This document shows positions 43,586 through 52,250 of a stretch of 64,000 nucleotides of DNA, piece after piece (position 1 is the stretch's first letter; each line of letters starts with the position of its first letter). Made by a program: the position numbers and the translations under genes. The notes below the pieces were generated by a model that saw only the letters and a program-made list of their open reading frames with translations, made no database searches and was not told where the DNA came from. The stretch is taken from the IMG/VR virus record IMGVR_UViG_3300023235_000008, positions 166,060-230,059 of that record. One strand, given 5' to 3'.

Positions 43586-44937
43586 TGTTAGTATGTGTCG
43601 ATTACCCAAGTGGCGGTTTTGGTCATTTTATAGCAGCCTTATTATCAAGAAGTTTTGACAGCGTATTCGACCGCGGTGGCGAATTCTTACTGGATAGTAA
43701 AGGAACTAGCCATCAGTATCCGTTGCACTATAGTAAATGGCGGCACCGTGACCCATCATTTGAATTGCAACCAAAATTTGACTTCGGCGACAAACATAGT
43801 GTTTTACTTGTTGATTCAGGTTTTGATAATTCATCAGATGTTATATTTTCAAAGATAGAAGCCCCGTTTATTATACGGTTATGCATCGACGACAGAGCAA
43901 AGAGTATAGTACATCAAACATGTAAAATTAAAGCTGAAAATAGTTTGTTTAATTTAAACGGGAATGACTGGGAAGAACGAGAGTTGTTTACACTCACGTA
44001 CCATCACATAGATAATAATCACGACTATTACTTAAACACATTTAGCCCCGGTTCTGATTTTTTTGAAATAAACATCAGTGACCTATTCTTTAATTTCGAA
44101 TCAGTGAAACATCGCCTTGCCGAAGTATTTGGCCAACCGAATAATAATATTGATTTAATGCATCAACAAATGGTACAATCAAACATAGATTTTATCAAAG
44201 CTGAAAAATTAGTTAATAGTTTCGAACAATCTAAGCCAATTAATTGGAATGAATATTCTATTCATGACCAAGGATTTTTTAATTACTGGATTGAAAAAAC
44301 ACACAATATAGAATTGACTATAAAGACTGGTTTTCATCATACGAGGATGTACATGAGCTACTTACCAAATATAATACACTATGATCCGAATTTTGTTTCA
44401 TCCGAGCATTCTCGTATGTTTCAGAGGTTATTGATAAACAGGCAGTGGGTGTTTTTTAAAGATAGCAATGATGACATTAGTGGGTGGTCATTTGATTTAT
44501 ATAATCATTATAAATGGGATGGAAACTGGGATGCCACAGAATGGCTCGATTCAACACCGCCTGAATGGGAAGATTTATATTTACGGATAAGCGATCTTAT
44601 TCCGCCACATTTCTTACATTGGGTTGATGTTAAAGTAACTCCACCGTTATGTGAAGGATCGCCGCCGCATCGTGACAAAGACCCTTGGACCAAAGGTGGC
44701 GATTCTGAAAGGTTTTCACGAACTATTTCTATCGTGTGTAACCTAAACCACGAATGGAAAGAAGAATGGGGTGGGGCATTTAATTTATGGAATGAAGATG
44801 GTACTTTATATAAAAAAGTTCCATTAGAAGCTGGTGCATTGACTATTATGGATAATTGTACACACAGCATAGAACCTATTACCGAACCTAATAAAAATAG
44901 AATATCACTTATCATACACGTACTGGAATATAAATGA
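43585..44937 (+). CDS. Two-domain accessory protein: unknown N-terminal domain plus 2OG-Fe(II) oxygenase
   Basis: C-terminal HRD...HSIEPI..RISL; internal MSYLPNII may be a separate start. Confidence 0.6.
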   Translation: MLVCVDYPSGGFGHFIAALLSRSFDSVFDRGGEFLLDSKGTSHQYPLHYSKWRHRDPSFELQPKFDFGDKHSVLLVDSGFDNSSDVIFSKIEAPFIIRLCIDDRAKSIVHQTCKIKAENSLFNLNGNDWEERELFTLTYHHIDNNHDYYLNTFSPGSDFFEINISDLFFNFESVKHRLAEVFGQPNNNIDLMHQQMVQSNIDFIKAEKLVNSFEQSKPINWNEYSIHDQGFFNYWIEKTHNIELTIKTGFHHTRMYMSYLPNIIHYDPNFVSSEHSRMFQRLLINRQWVFFKDSNDDISGWSFDLYNHYKWDGNWDATEWLDSTPPEWEDLYLRISDLIPPHFLHWVDVKVTPPLCEGSPPHRDKDPWTKGGDSERFSRTISIVCNLNHEWKEEWGGAFNLWNEDGTLYKKVPLEAGALTIMDNCTHSIEPITEPNKNRISLIIHVLEYK

Positions 44938-46712
44938 GTTTTAAAATCAATACACTGACCGTTAAAAATTTTATGAGCGTGGGAAATCAAACCCAAGCGA
45001 TTGATTTTGATCGTGACGATCTTACCCTTGTTCTTGGTGAAAATCTTGACCAAGGCGGTGATGATGCGGGCGCACGTAATGGAACTGGTAAAACCACAAT
45101 CATTAACGCATTATCATATGCACTTTACGGTCAGGCTTTAACTAAGATCAAAGTAAATAATCTTATCAATAAGACAAACGGAAAAGGCATGGTCGTATCT
45201 GTCGATTTTGATAAAGACGGCACTAGTTATCGAATAGAACGTGGTCGTAAATCAAACTTCCTTCGTTTTTATATCGAAGGTCTTGAACAAGAACTTGCCG
45301 ACGATGAATCACAGGGCGATAGCCGTGAAACACAAGCAGATATCGAAAAACTCCTGAATATGTCGCATGATATGTTCAAGCATATTTTAGCATTGAACAC
45401 ATACTCGGAACCGTTCCTTAGTATGCGGGCGAATGATCAGCGGCAGATTATTGAACAACTGCTCGGCATTACGCTATTAAGCGAAAAAGCCAATGTTCTT
45501 AAAACCGATTTAAAATCTTCAAAGGATTCAATTAAAACCGAAGAAGTAAGGATCGCTACATTACAAGAATCAAATAAAAAAATCGAAGAAACTATCGAAA
45601 GTCTACAACGCCGACAACGCCTATGGCATAAAAGCATTGAAGAAAAGATTGCCAATCTCAATAAACAACTTGATGATTTATCACACGTTGATATTGAAGC
45701 TGAACTAAAAGCACATGAAGATTTAGGTGTGTGGAAATTAAAAGTGGGTGAAATTGAAGACTTGGCTAAAAAATTAAACACAGCCGACAAAACTTTATAC
45801 AAAGCCACAAATGCGTTTATCAAGGCTGAACGAAATCTTAAAGTTACAACAGAAGATATGAAATGTCCTACATGTGCCCGAGATTTACACGATGAAAAAC
45901 ACCAACACCTTATAAATGATGCTAAAGAAGAGTATGATGCGTGTTCACGGGAATGTAGTAAATACCAAAGCGAAGTTGATACTATTGCTAATATTATCGA
46001 TAACTGCGTTGATCCCGGCGATAAGCCAAATACTTTTTACAATGGGTTACATGAAGCACATAATCACAATTCAAGCTTAACGCATCTCACATCACAGATT
46101 AAGGATGCCAAAGCCGAATCCGATCCATATGATGAACAAATTGACGATTTACAAAACGAAGCATTAAGTGTGATTTCTTATGATCACATGAACGAACTAG
46201 CTAATTTACGTGATCATCAAGATTTCTTATTGAAGCTTCTGACCAACAAAGACAGTTATATTCGTAAGAAAATTATCGACCAAAACTTATCATTCTTAAA
46301 TGCACGGCTGTGTTATTATCTTGACAAAATCGGATTACCACACACTGTAGAATTTCAGAACGATCTTTCGGTTGAAATTATGGAATTTGGCCGTGACTTA
46401 GACTTTGATAATCTATCAAGGGGCGAACGTAACCGACTAATCCTAAGTCTATCTTGGGCATTTCGTGACGTTTGGGAAAACCTATACCAACCTGTAAACC
46501 TATTGTTTATTGATGAATTGATTGATTCAGGAATGGATGCTAGTGGTGTCGATAGTAGCCTGAGTATTCTAAAGAAGATTTCACGTGAACGTAAAAAATC
46601 GGTATGGCTTGTTAGTCATAAAGACGATCTTGCATTACGTGTTAATAACGTATTGACAGTAACCAAAGAAAACGGGTATACTACGTATTCCCCTGATGTT
46701 ACAATAGCATAA
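44934..46712 (+). CDS. gp46: Recombination ATPase subunit (Rad50/SbcC-like)
   Basis: RNGTGKT, CPTC hook, LSRGE signature, LFIDE. Confidence 0.9.
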   Translation: MSFKINTLTVKNFMSVGNQTQAIDFDRDDLTLVLGENLDQGGDDAGARNGTGKTTIINALSYALYGQALTKIKVNNLINKTNGKGMVVSVDFDKDGTSYRIERGRKSNFLRFYIEGLEQELADDESQGDSRETQADIEKLLNMSHDMFKHILALNTYSEPFLSMRANDQRQIIEQLLGITLLSEKANVLKTDLKSSKDSIKTEEVRIATLQESNKKIEETIESLQRRQRLWHKSIEEKIANLNKQLDDLSHVDIEAELKAHEDLGVWKLKVGEIEDLAKKLNTADKTLYKATNAFIKAERNLKVTTEDMKCPTCARDLHDEKHQHLINDAKEEYDACSRECSKYQSEVDTIANIIDNCVDPGDKPNTFYNGLHEAHNHNSSLTHLTSQIKDAKAESDPYDEQIDDLQNEALSVISYDHMNELANLRDHQDFLLKLLTNKDSYIRKKIIDQNLSFLNARLCYYLDKIGLPHTVEFQNDLSVEIMEFGRDLDFDNLSRGERNRLILSLSWAFRDVWENLYQPVNLLFIDELIDSGMDASGVDSSLSILKKISRERKKSVWLVSHKDDLALRVNNVLTVTKENGYTTYSPDVTIA

Positions 46713-47689
46713 TGTTAGCAAAATGGCACTATCATATTGAAATTAGCTCTAAGTGTACATTGGCGTGTCCTCGTTGTGCAAGAACAGAAGTACCCGAGAG
46801 TCTAATAAATACACAACTTGACTTGGAGTTTTTTACCAAGAACTTTACCAAAGATATTTTAGATGATGTCGAAAAGGTAACATTTTGCGGCGACGATGGT
46901 GACCCGATATACGCACGTGATCTTATATCAGTAATCACATACCTAAAAACTTACGAGGTTGATATTACTATTGTGACAAATGGATCATACAAATCAGCAG
47001 ATTGGTGGTCTAAGCTTGCAATGGTGTTAGGCGAACGAGATGTTATTCATTTCAGCATGGATGGATGGGATAATAGAAGTAATAATTTATACCGTGTGAA
47101 TTCGGACTGGGATTCCATCATGGTGGGGTTTATGATTATGTGTAGAAGCAAGGCAATCGTTGTTCGGGATGTTATTGCATTCAAGTTCAATGAAGATCAC
47201 ATTGACGATATGATTTCCCAAACCAAACAACATGGTGCGGATATATTTCAGTTGACCAAGAGTACAAAATTCGGCAGTGTATATCCGTCATATGGCGACA
47301 ACGATCCATTGGAGCCGAGTAGCATGTACGTATCTTCTACTGACAGATTTGAAAGAGAATATACTATACTAAAAAGAAGTATCCCACAGAAGGATATAAA
47401 AGATTTATACGATAACGCATCCCACGATGAGGTAACGCCGTTATGTTACGTAGGATCAAAGGGATTGTTTATCAATAGCCGTGGCGAGTTCTATCCGTGT
47501 TGTTGGGTAGCTAATCGTTACAAACATAATGAAGATTGGCAAGGCAAGTTCGATCTTCATAAAAGTACCCTTTCACAAATATTTAATGATGAATTTTGGG
47601 AAGGTGATTTTAAGACATTCAAGTGGTATGAATGCCAGACGAAATGCTCGTCAAAACAATCATCCCTTGAAAAAGCAAGTGAATGGTAA
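46712..47689 (+). CDS. Radical SAM enzyme with SPASM-like tail
   Basis: CTLACPRC, GDDGDP, TNG, GEFYPCCW, C..C. Confidence 0.85.
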   Translation: MLAKWHYHIEISSKCTLACPRCARTEVPESLINTQLDLEFFTKNFTKDILDDVEKVTFCGDDGDPIYARDLISVITYLKTYEVDITIVTNGSYKSADWWSKLAMVLGERDVIHFSMDGWDNRSNNLYRVNSDWDSIMVGFMIMCRSKAIVVRDVIAFKFNEDHIDDMISQTKQHGADIFQLTKSTKFGSVYPSYGDNDPLEPSSMYVSSTDRFEREYTILKRSIPQKDIKDLYDNASHDEVTPLCYVGSKGLFINSRGEFYPCCWVANRYKHNEDWQGKFDLHKSTLSQIFNDEFWEGDFKTFKWYECQTKCSSKQSSLEKASEW

Positions 47690-47700
47690 AGGAGTTTATA

Positions 47701-47877
47701 ATGACCACACACGAACAAATTGTATCACAATACGAAGCATATCTAGCAGAACACGAGACTTTCGAAAGCAAGGGCGTTAAAGCCGCCGCCGCACGTGCAC
47801 GGAAAGCACTAGGTGAGATGGGTAAACTATCCAAAACACGCCGTGGTGAAATTCAAGACAAAAAGAACGCCATGTAA
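47701..47877 (+). CDS. Small basic conserved phage protein
   Basis: AAGGAG RBS; KAAAARARKALGEMGKL..RR.EIQ. Confidence 0.7.
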   Translation: MTTHEQIVSQYEAYLAEHETFESKGVKAAAARARKALGEMGKLSKTRRGEIQDKKNAM

Positions 47878-48648
47878 ATGAACAAGGTTATTTTCACTGG
47901 GTGTTCCTTTACATTCGGCAACGGCATGGAAAGGAACATGGATTTATTTTGGGTTAATCTTTTACGCAATGACATTTTTAAAAAGCATGATGTCATTAAC
48001 TTAGGAAAAGGTGGCGCGTCCAATCAGGATATATTTTATCAAGCATCATCGGCTATTGCGAAATATGATGATATTGATTATATAATATGCCAGTGGACTT
48101 CGTATCCAAGATACACGTTTGAAGTAGGATTAGAAACATATGATACCAGCGCCTCAATGAAAATGAGACGAGATTATGACTTAAATGATCGCAGTTTAAA
48201 GTTGTCATACACTCGCCCTATTTGTGATCGCTTTATATCGTTGATTTATGATTATGGCGAACTAGTGAAAATAACCGAATTCATTAATACATTAAACGCG
48301 TTTGGAGACAAGCATAACATCGAAATCATACACATCAACGGGCTGTGTGTATGGGACGAAGGCTTTTTTGATAAAAAAGAATCATTTCTTTCCGGTGACC
48401 TATCACCATATACGCAAGAACTTCTTAATACCGCAAATAGAGATGATGACGAAATATTCTTAATATATGACAAGTTGTTTGGCGAGATTAGTGACGTGTC
48501 GCCATCGCGATGGGTAAATCTTTACGATTCATTTAGATCATCTCGGGTTGATTATGGCGAGGATAATAGGCATCCCGGCATTGCTTCCAATGAACATCAG
48601 GCCATGCTGGTAAAAAAATATGTAGATAATCAATGCCCCGTTTTGTAA
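47878..48648 (+). CDS. SGNH/GDSL-hydrolase-like protein
   Basis: FTGCSFTFG, NLGKGGASN, QWT, D.RHPG. Confidence 0.65.
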   Translation: MNKVIFTGCSFTFGNGMERNMDLFWVNLLRNDIFKKHDVINLGKGGASNQDIFYQASSAIAKYDDIDYIICQWTSYPRYTFEVGLETYDTSASMKMRRDYDLNDRSLKLSYTRPICDRFISLIYDYGELVKITEFINTLNAFGDKHNIEIIHINGLCVWDEGFFDKKESFLSGDLSPYTQELLNTANRDDDEIFLIYDKLFGEISDVSPSRWVNLYDSFRSSRVDYGEDNRHPGIASNEHQAMLVKKYVDNQCPVL

Positions 48649-48884
48649 TCAGGCATCCCGATCTAGAAGAGTGGCATATCTCCGTAAATGACAAGGAGAA
48701 AGCCGATGGCTATGGACAGGTTGAAATCTTTTTTAAGCCATGGGGAATACGCCCCGATATCTATTATGATAAAATGGATTTTCTAGGAATCGAAGAGTCC
48801 GATGAACGATTTGATTTTTATATTGGGCTGTCAGCACATGAGGATATAGTTAAGAAAATCAATGAAAAAATTAATCCTAGTTAA
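48633..48884 (+). CDS. Hypothetical protein
   Basis: Overlapping ORF in operon. Confidence 0.5.
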   Translation: MPRFVIRHPDLEEWHISVNDKEKADGYGQVEIFFKPWGIRPDIYYDKMDFLGIEESDERFDFYIGLSAHEDIVKKINEKINPS

Positions 48885-48975
48885 CCTACCTAAACACGAT
48901 AGTATAGCCCCCCCCTGCGGGAAGAACTACAGTCGTTGTTAAAATTAGTTTCATAAAACCACTTATAAATAGGGT

Positions 48976-49428
48976 ATGGACACAGGACACTGGGAATACC
49001 CTAACGACTTCGACCCCTCTGAATGGTTTGGATTTATATATCGTATTATCGAAAAAGATACACAAAAAATGTATATCGGTAAAAAACAATTCCAATCTAT
49101 TCGGAGGGTCAAAGTTAAAAATCGCAAGAACCGTAAAATAGTTCGTAAAGAAAGTGACTGGAAAACTTATACAAGTTCGTCTACCCACTTAAATGCAGCA
49201 ATAGAAGAAAACGGCATTGATAACTACCAGTTCATTATTGAGTCATTACATGAAACAAAAGGATCAATGTATTACCGTGAAGTAGAACTTCAAATAAAAG
49301 AAGATGTTTTACTTAAAGAACTTGACAATGGTACACCAATGTACTATAATAAGCAGGTAGGATCGGTTAGATTTATTCCGCCAAAACCTACACTTAAAGA
49401 ACAAAAATTTTATAACACAAAAATTTAG
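48976..49428 (+). CDS. GIY-YIG family endonuclease
   Basis: GFIY...YIGKK, YTSSS; preceded by TATAAATA 48964-71. Confidence 0.7.
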   Translation: MDTGHWEYPNDFDPSEWFGFIYRIIEKDTQKMYIGKKQFQSIRRVKVKNRKNRKIVRKESDWKTYTSSSTHLNAAIEENGIDNYQFIIESLHETKGSMYYREVELQIKEDVLLKELDNGTPMYYNKQVGSVRFIPPKPTLKEQKFYNTKI

Positions 49429-49490
49429 TGCTAAGTATAAGCACGAGGCATCATCGAGGGTATAAATCCCCAAGGCATATCAGGCATCAA

Positions 49491-49715
49491 ATGAAATATC
49501 ATTTTCTAGACGAGGCAACACGCCTCAGTTTATTACAAAGAGTACGACATAGAACAACCGATAAAGAATATCGGAAGTTCACACCAGTTGATCTAGATTT
49601 CATAGAATCTATGAAATACAAACTAAGTTCAACAAGTCTATCATCAGTTAAACTGTCAACAAAACAGTTTGAATGGTTATTGAGTATTCTAGAACGTAAA
49701 GAAAAAGAAAAATAG
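49491..49715 (+). CDS. Hypothetical protein
   Basis: ATG start preferred over GTG 49428. Confidence 0.45.
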   Translation: MKYHFLDEATRLSLLQRVRHRTTDKEYRKFTPVDLDFIESMKYKLSSTSLSSVKLSTKQFEWLLSILERKEKEK

Positions 49716-49719
49716 ATAT

Positions 49720-50270
49720 CGGGCATAAGGCATATTTTAGGCATAAGGCATAAATGTTGCTACCTTAAAAGGTTAAGTTTGTGGAGCGCCGAAACTAAGT
49801 AGGTGAGCCTGTTGATTGGGCGGTCTGATTCGCTCTTCCTAACACACAAGCAATGCACACAATATTTTAGGAATCAATGATAGTGGCTCTGTGAAAAAGA
49901 TAACAACCACTGCCCAAAACTCACGTTGGCTAGTTACGGCGTGTGAGGGTCCGTTGTAGGAAGCTAGGGTAACGTTTCGAAGGTACAGAGCAACCGCCTT
50001 CGTCGCATGTTTTGCGAATCCCTTTTAATTAGTATGTTGTAGAACTCACAGAGAGAGCGAAAGCTTCTCGTGTTTTTTTTATACTTCTCTCCGCAAGGGG
50101 AGAAGTATGTCCAAATCTACAGAGAGTATGTGTAAAGAAAATATATTAAGCGTAAATCTTAAATCAGTATGCGAATGAAAATGAATAAGCGAAGTGAAAC
50201 GAAGCGCATTCATTGATTGAGCCGATGCCCTGTGCATCGCATTAGTATTATAATAGTTACAATATTTTAT
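49720..50270 (+). ncRNA. Large structured non-coding region (ncRNA and/or origin)
   Basis: 550 nt without an ORF; GGCATAA repeats; many GC stems and GNRA hairpins. Confidence 0.5.
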
Positions 50271-50271
50271 A

Positions 50272-51096
50272 TTATATGTTTGGATATTTTACGTCTTTTG
50301 CATCAGCTGCGTGGAATAATGGCCACATATCTTTACTTGATGGACCAGTTTGCCATTTTCCATCCTTTGTCTTTTTAGACCACATCTGACCTTCCCACTT
50401 GAAGATATTACCATTATGAGATAATAAAGTTCCTTTAGGGATTTCACGTGGTCTAGAAGGTTTAGGTGTTTCTTCTGGTTGTGCGTTAGGTGTTTCTTCT
50501 GATTGTGCATTATATTTTGCGTTGAGATATTCTTCAGCTTTCTTTGCAATATAAGCCTTCATGCCATCAATATTCTCAACTTCATTATCAAAGTCTCCGA
50601 TGCCTACGCCTTTAACTCCACCAATAATGCCATTCATAAAGTTCTTGAAAATTTCAAGTGTTTTAGAATCCTCTACTGCTTCATCTTTCGTGGCATTGAC
50701 ATAGTAATCTTCCCATTTCTTAGCAAATAATCTTGCAAGTTTAGGCGCATCTTTCTTGATGTTCTTCTTGCGTGTTCTGAATTCATCCGCAGAAAGATTA
50801 TTATTGGTACTTTGTTGTGGGGTGGTATCAGTTTGTTGTTGCGGAAAGAAACGTCTGAATTCGCTACTTGTTCCATCCATTCGCTGCAATAAATCGGTAT
50901 ATTCATTACCAGCTGCGGTCATTAACTTGACTAATATAGCTGTGTCGGATGATCCAAGGTTACCAAAAGCAGATTGTTTAAGTAGTGCATATGCTTTTTT
51001 AGAGCCTTTACCACCATTGCCAAGCTTATTGATAAGCTTTTCATCATCGGGTTTCGGTCCAGTTCCTGCTTCGAATATTAATTCACGATATTTCAT
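50272..51096 (-). CDS. Late hypothetical (virion-type) protein
   Basis: MKYRELIFEA start typical of phage head proteins; upstream ATAAATA. Confidence 0.65.
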   Translation of the reverse strand: MKYRELIFEAGTGPKPDDEKLINKLGNGGKGSKKAYALLKQSAFGNLGSSDTAILVKLMTAAGNEYTDLLQRMDGTSSEFRRFFPQQQTDTTPQQSTNNNLSADEFRTRKKNIKKDAPKLARLFAKKWEDYYVNATKDEAVEDSKTLEIFKNFMNGIIGGVKGVGIGDFDNEVENIDGMKAYIAKKAEEYLNAKYNAQSEETPNAQPEETPKPSRPREIPKGTLLSHNGNIFKWEGQMWSKKTKDGKWQTGPSSKDMWPLFHAADAKDVKYPNI

Positions 51097-51107
51097 ATAC
51101 GTATTTA

Positions 51108-51340
51108 TTAAATAAACGGCATTTGTGTTTCTTTGGTTGCTTCCATATTCGATTGAATGATTTCAGAAATTAATGCACGATCCTTCGGCGGCATAATATA
51201 TACCTCATTAAGCGTGACACCGCCACGCATCCACCAGCATATTGTCAGGAGTTCTTTTCGTAAGGCTTCCACATTTTTATCGTAACTGTCTAGTAACTTT
51301 ACGATATCCTGATTATTGAGCGATAGAAGCCTTACCCGAA
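51108..51340 (-). CDS. -1 frame extension of the upstream chaperone gene (gpT-like)
   Basis: RVRLLSLNNQDIVKLL..ICWWMRGGVTLNE..ETQMPFI; no ATG/RBS at its head; entered through T TTT TTC. Confidence 0.65.
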
Positions 51341-52180
51341 AAAATTTGATGCCTCGAATTCAAGCGGTGCAGTATATTCGTGCTTACAATCCATACAAGT
51401 TAGATTTAATGGGTTTAACTCCATTTGTTTGCGGAACACCGTAAGAATATTTTCAATCATTTCATATGAACGCTTATCCGTATTAGTTACGAATTCAAAT
51501 ATATGTTTACGATCAATAACTTCAGTTCCATCAGGCATTACAATCTTATCAATGAAATTGCTCGTGATATCCATGGATAAGTTACTAATATTACTAAGAT
51601 AATCAGCATAAAGTTTATTTTTACGCTCATCATCCATTGTATTATCTGGATTATCGAGCAATGTCAATAAACGCTGTTCTTCGAACGTCTGCATACTGAC
51701 TTTATTAAGCTGACTAAACATCTGCGGTTTGAAATATATTTTCAAATCTTTGACCATATGCGGTTCTGAGAAATCGATGTGTCTTTTTTGATCAAGCATG
51801 ATGCGTAAATCGATTGCAAACTTATTTTCTTCTTTGCAGCTAGGGCAAATACTAGTGAAATCCATTTCTTCGCCATACGTGGCAATACGGATAGCAATAA
51901 GGATAGAATCGATGTCGGTAGTAGGCACACCCGCAGCATCTTTGATTTGCGGAATGCAACTTTGAATAACTTGTCTTGTTGCTGATCCATTCATAAGTGA
52001 ATCGGGCGTGTTTAGCGCAATTTCATCCCGTGCTGTCATAGGCATAACCGCGACTTCGGTTGAACCTTCCTCCAATTCAAGTGCACCGGGCGAATAATGC
52101 TCGCCTTTCGACGGCAAGTCTAAAAAAAGTGCTGGTGTTCGAAAATGTCCAGAAAGTGGGTTAGTATTAGGGGTTTCCAT
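51332..52180 (-). CDS. gp26: Baseplate hub/tail assembly chaperone (T4 gp26/gp51-like)
   Basis: NPLSGHFR.P...MTARDE..PD.LMNG..AIRIATYG, CxxC twice. Confidence 0.75.
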   Translation of the reverse strand: METPNTNPLSGHFRTPALFLDLPSKGEHYSPGALELEEGSTEVAVMPMTARDEIALNTPDSLMNGSATRQVIQSCIPQIKDAAGVPTTDIDSILIAIRIATYGEEMDFTSICPSCKEENKFAIDLRIMLDQKRHIDFSEPHMVKDLKIYFKPQMFSQLNKVSMQTFEEQRLLTLLDNPDNTMDDERKNKLYADYLSNISNLSMDITSNFIDKIVMPDGTEVIDRKHIFEFVTNTDKRSYEMIENILTVFRKQMELNPLNLTCMDCKHEYTAPLEFEASNFFG

Positions 52181-52191
52181 TAATTTCTCCG

Positions 52192-52199
52192 TATAAATA
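52192..52199 (+). promoter_or_regulatory. T4-type late promoter TATAAATA (others at 54546, 48964, 18726; GATAAATA at 57523, 57813)
   Basis: Recurrent motif just upstream of structural genes. Confidence 0.7.
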
Positions 52200-52250
52200 C
52201 AATATAGTAGTGTGTTATTTATTGCACTAATTAACTTGGTATATAATTAT

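Noticed and set aside
50160-50245. Hammerhead ribozyme (TGATTGAG, GAAAC)
   Set aside because: The CUGANGA core is not matched and the three stems cannot be built
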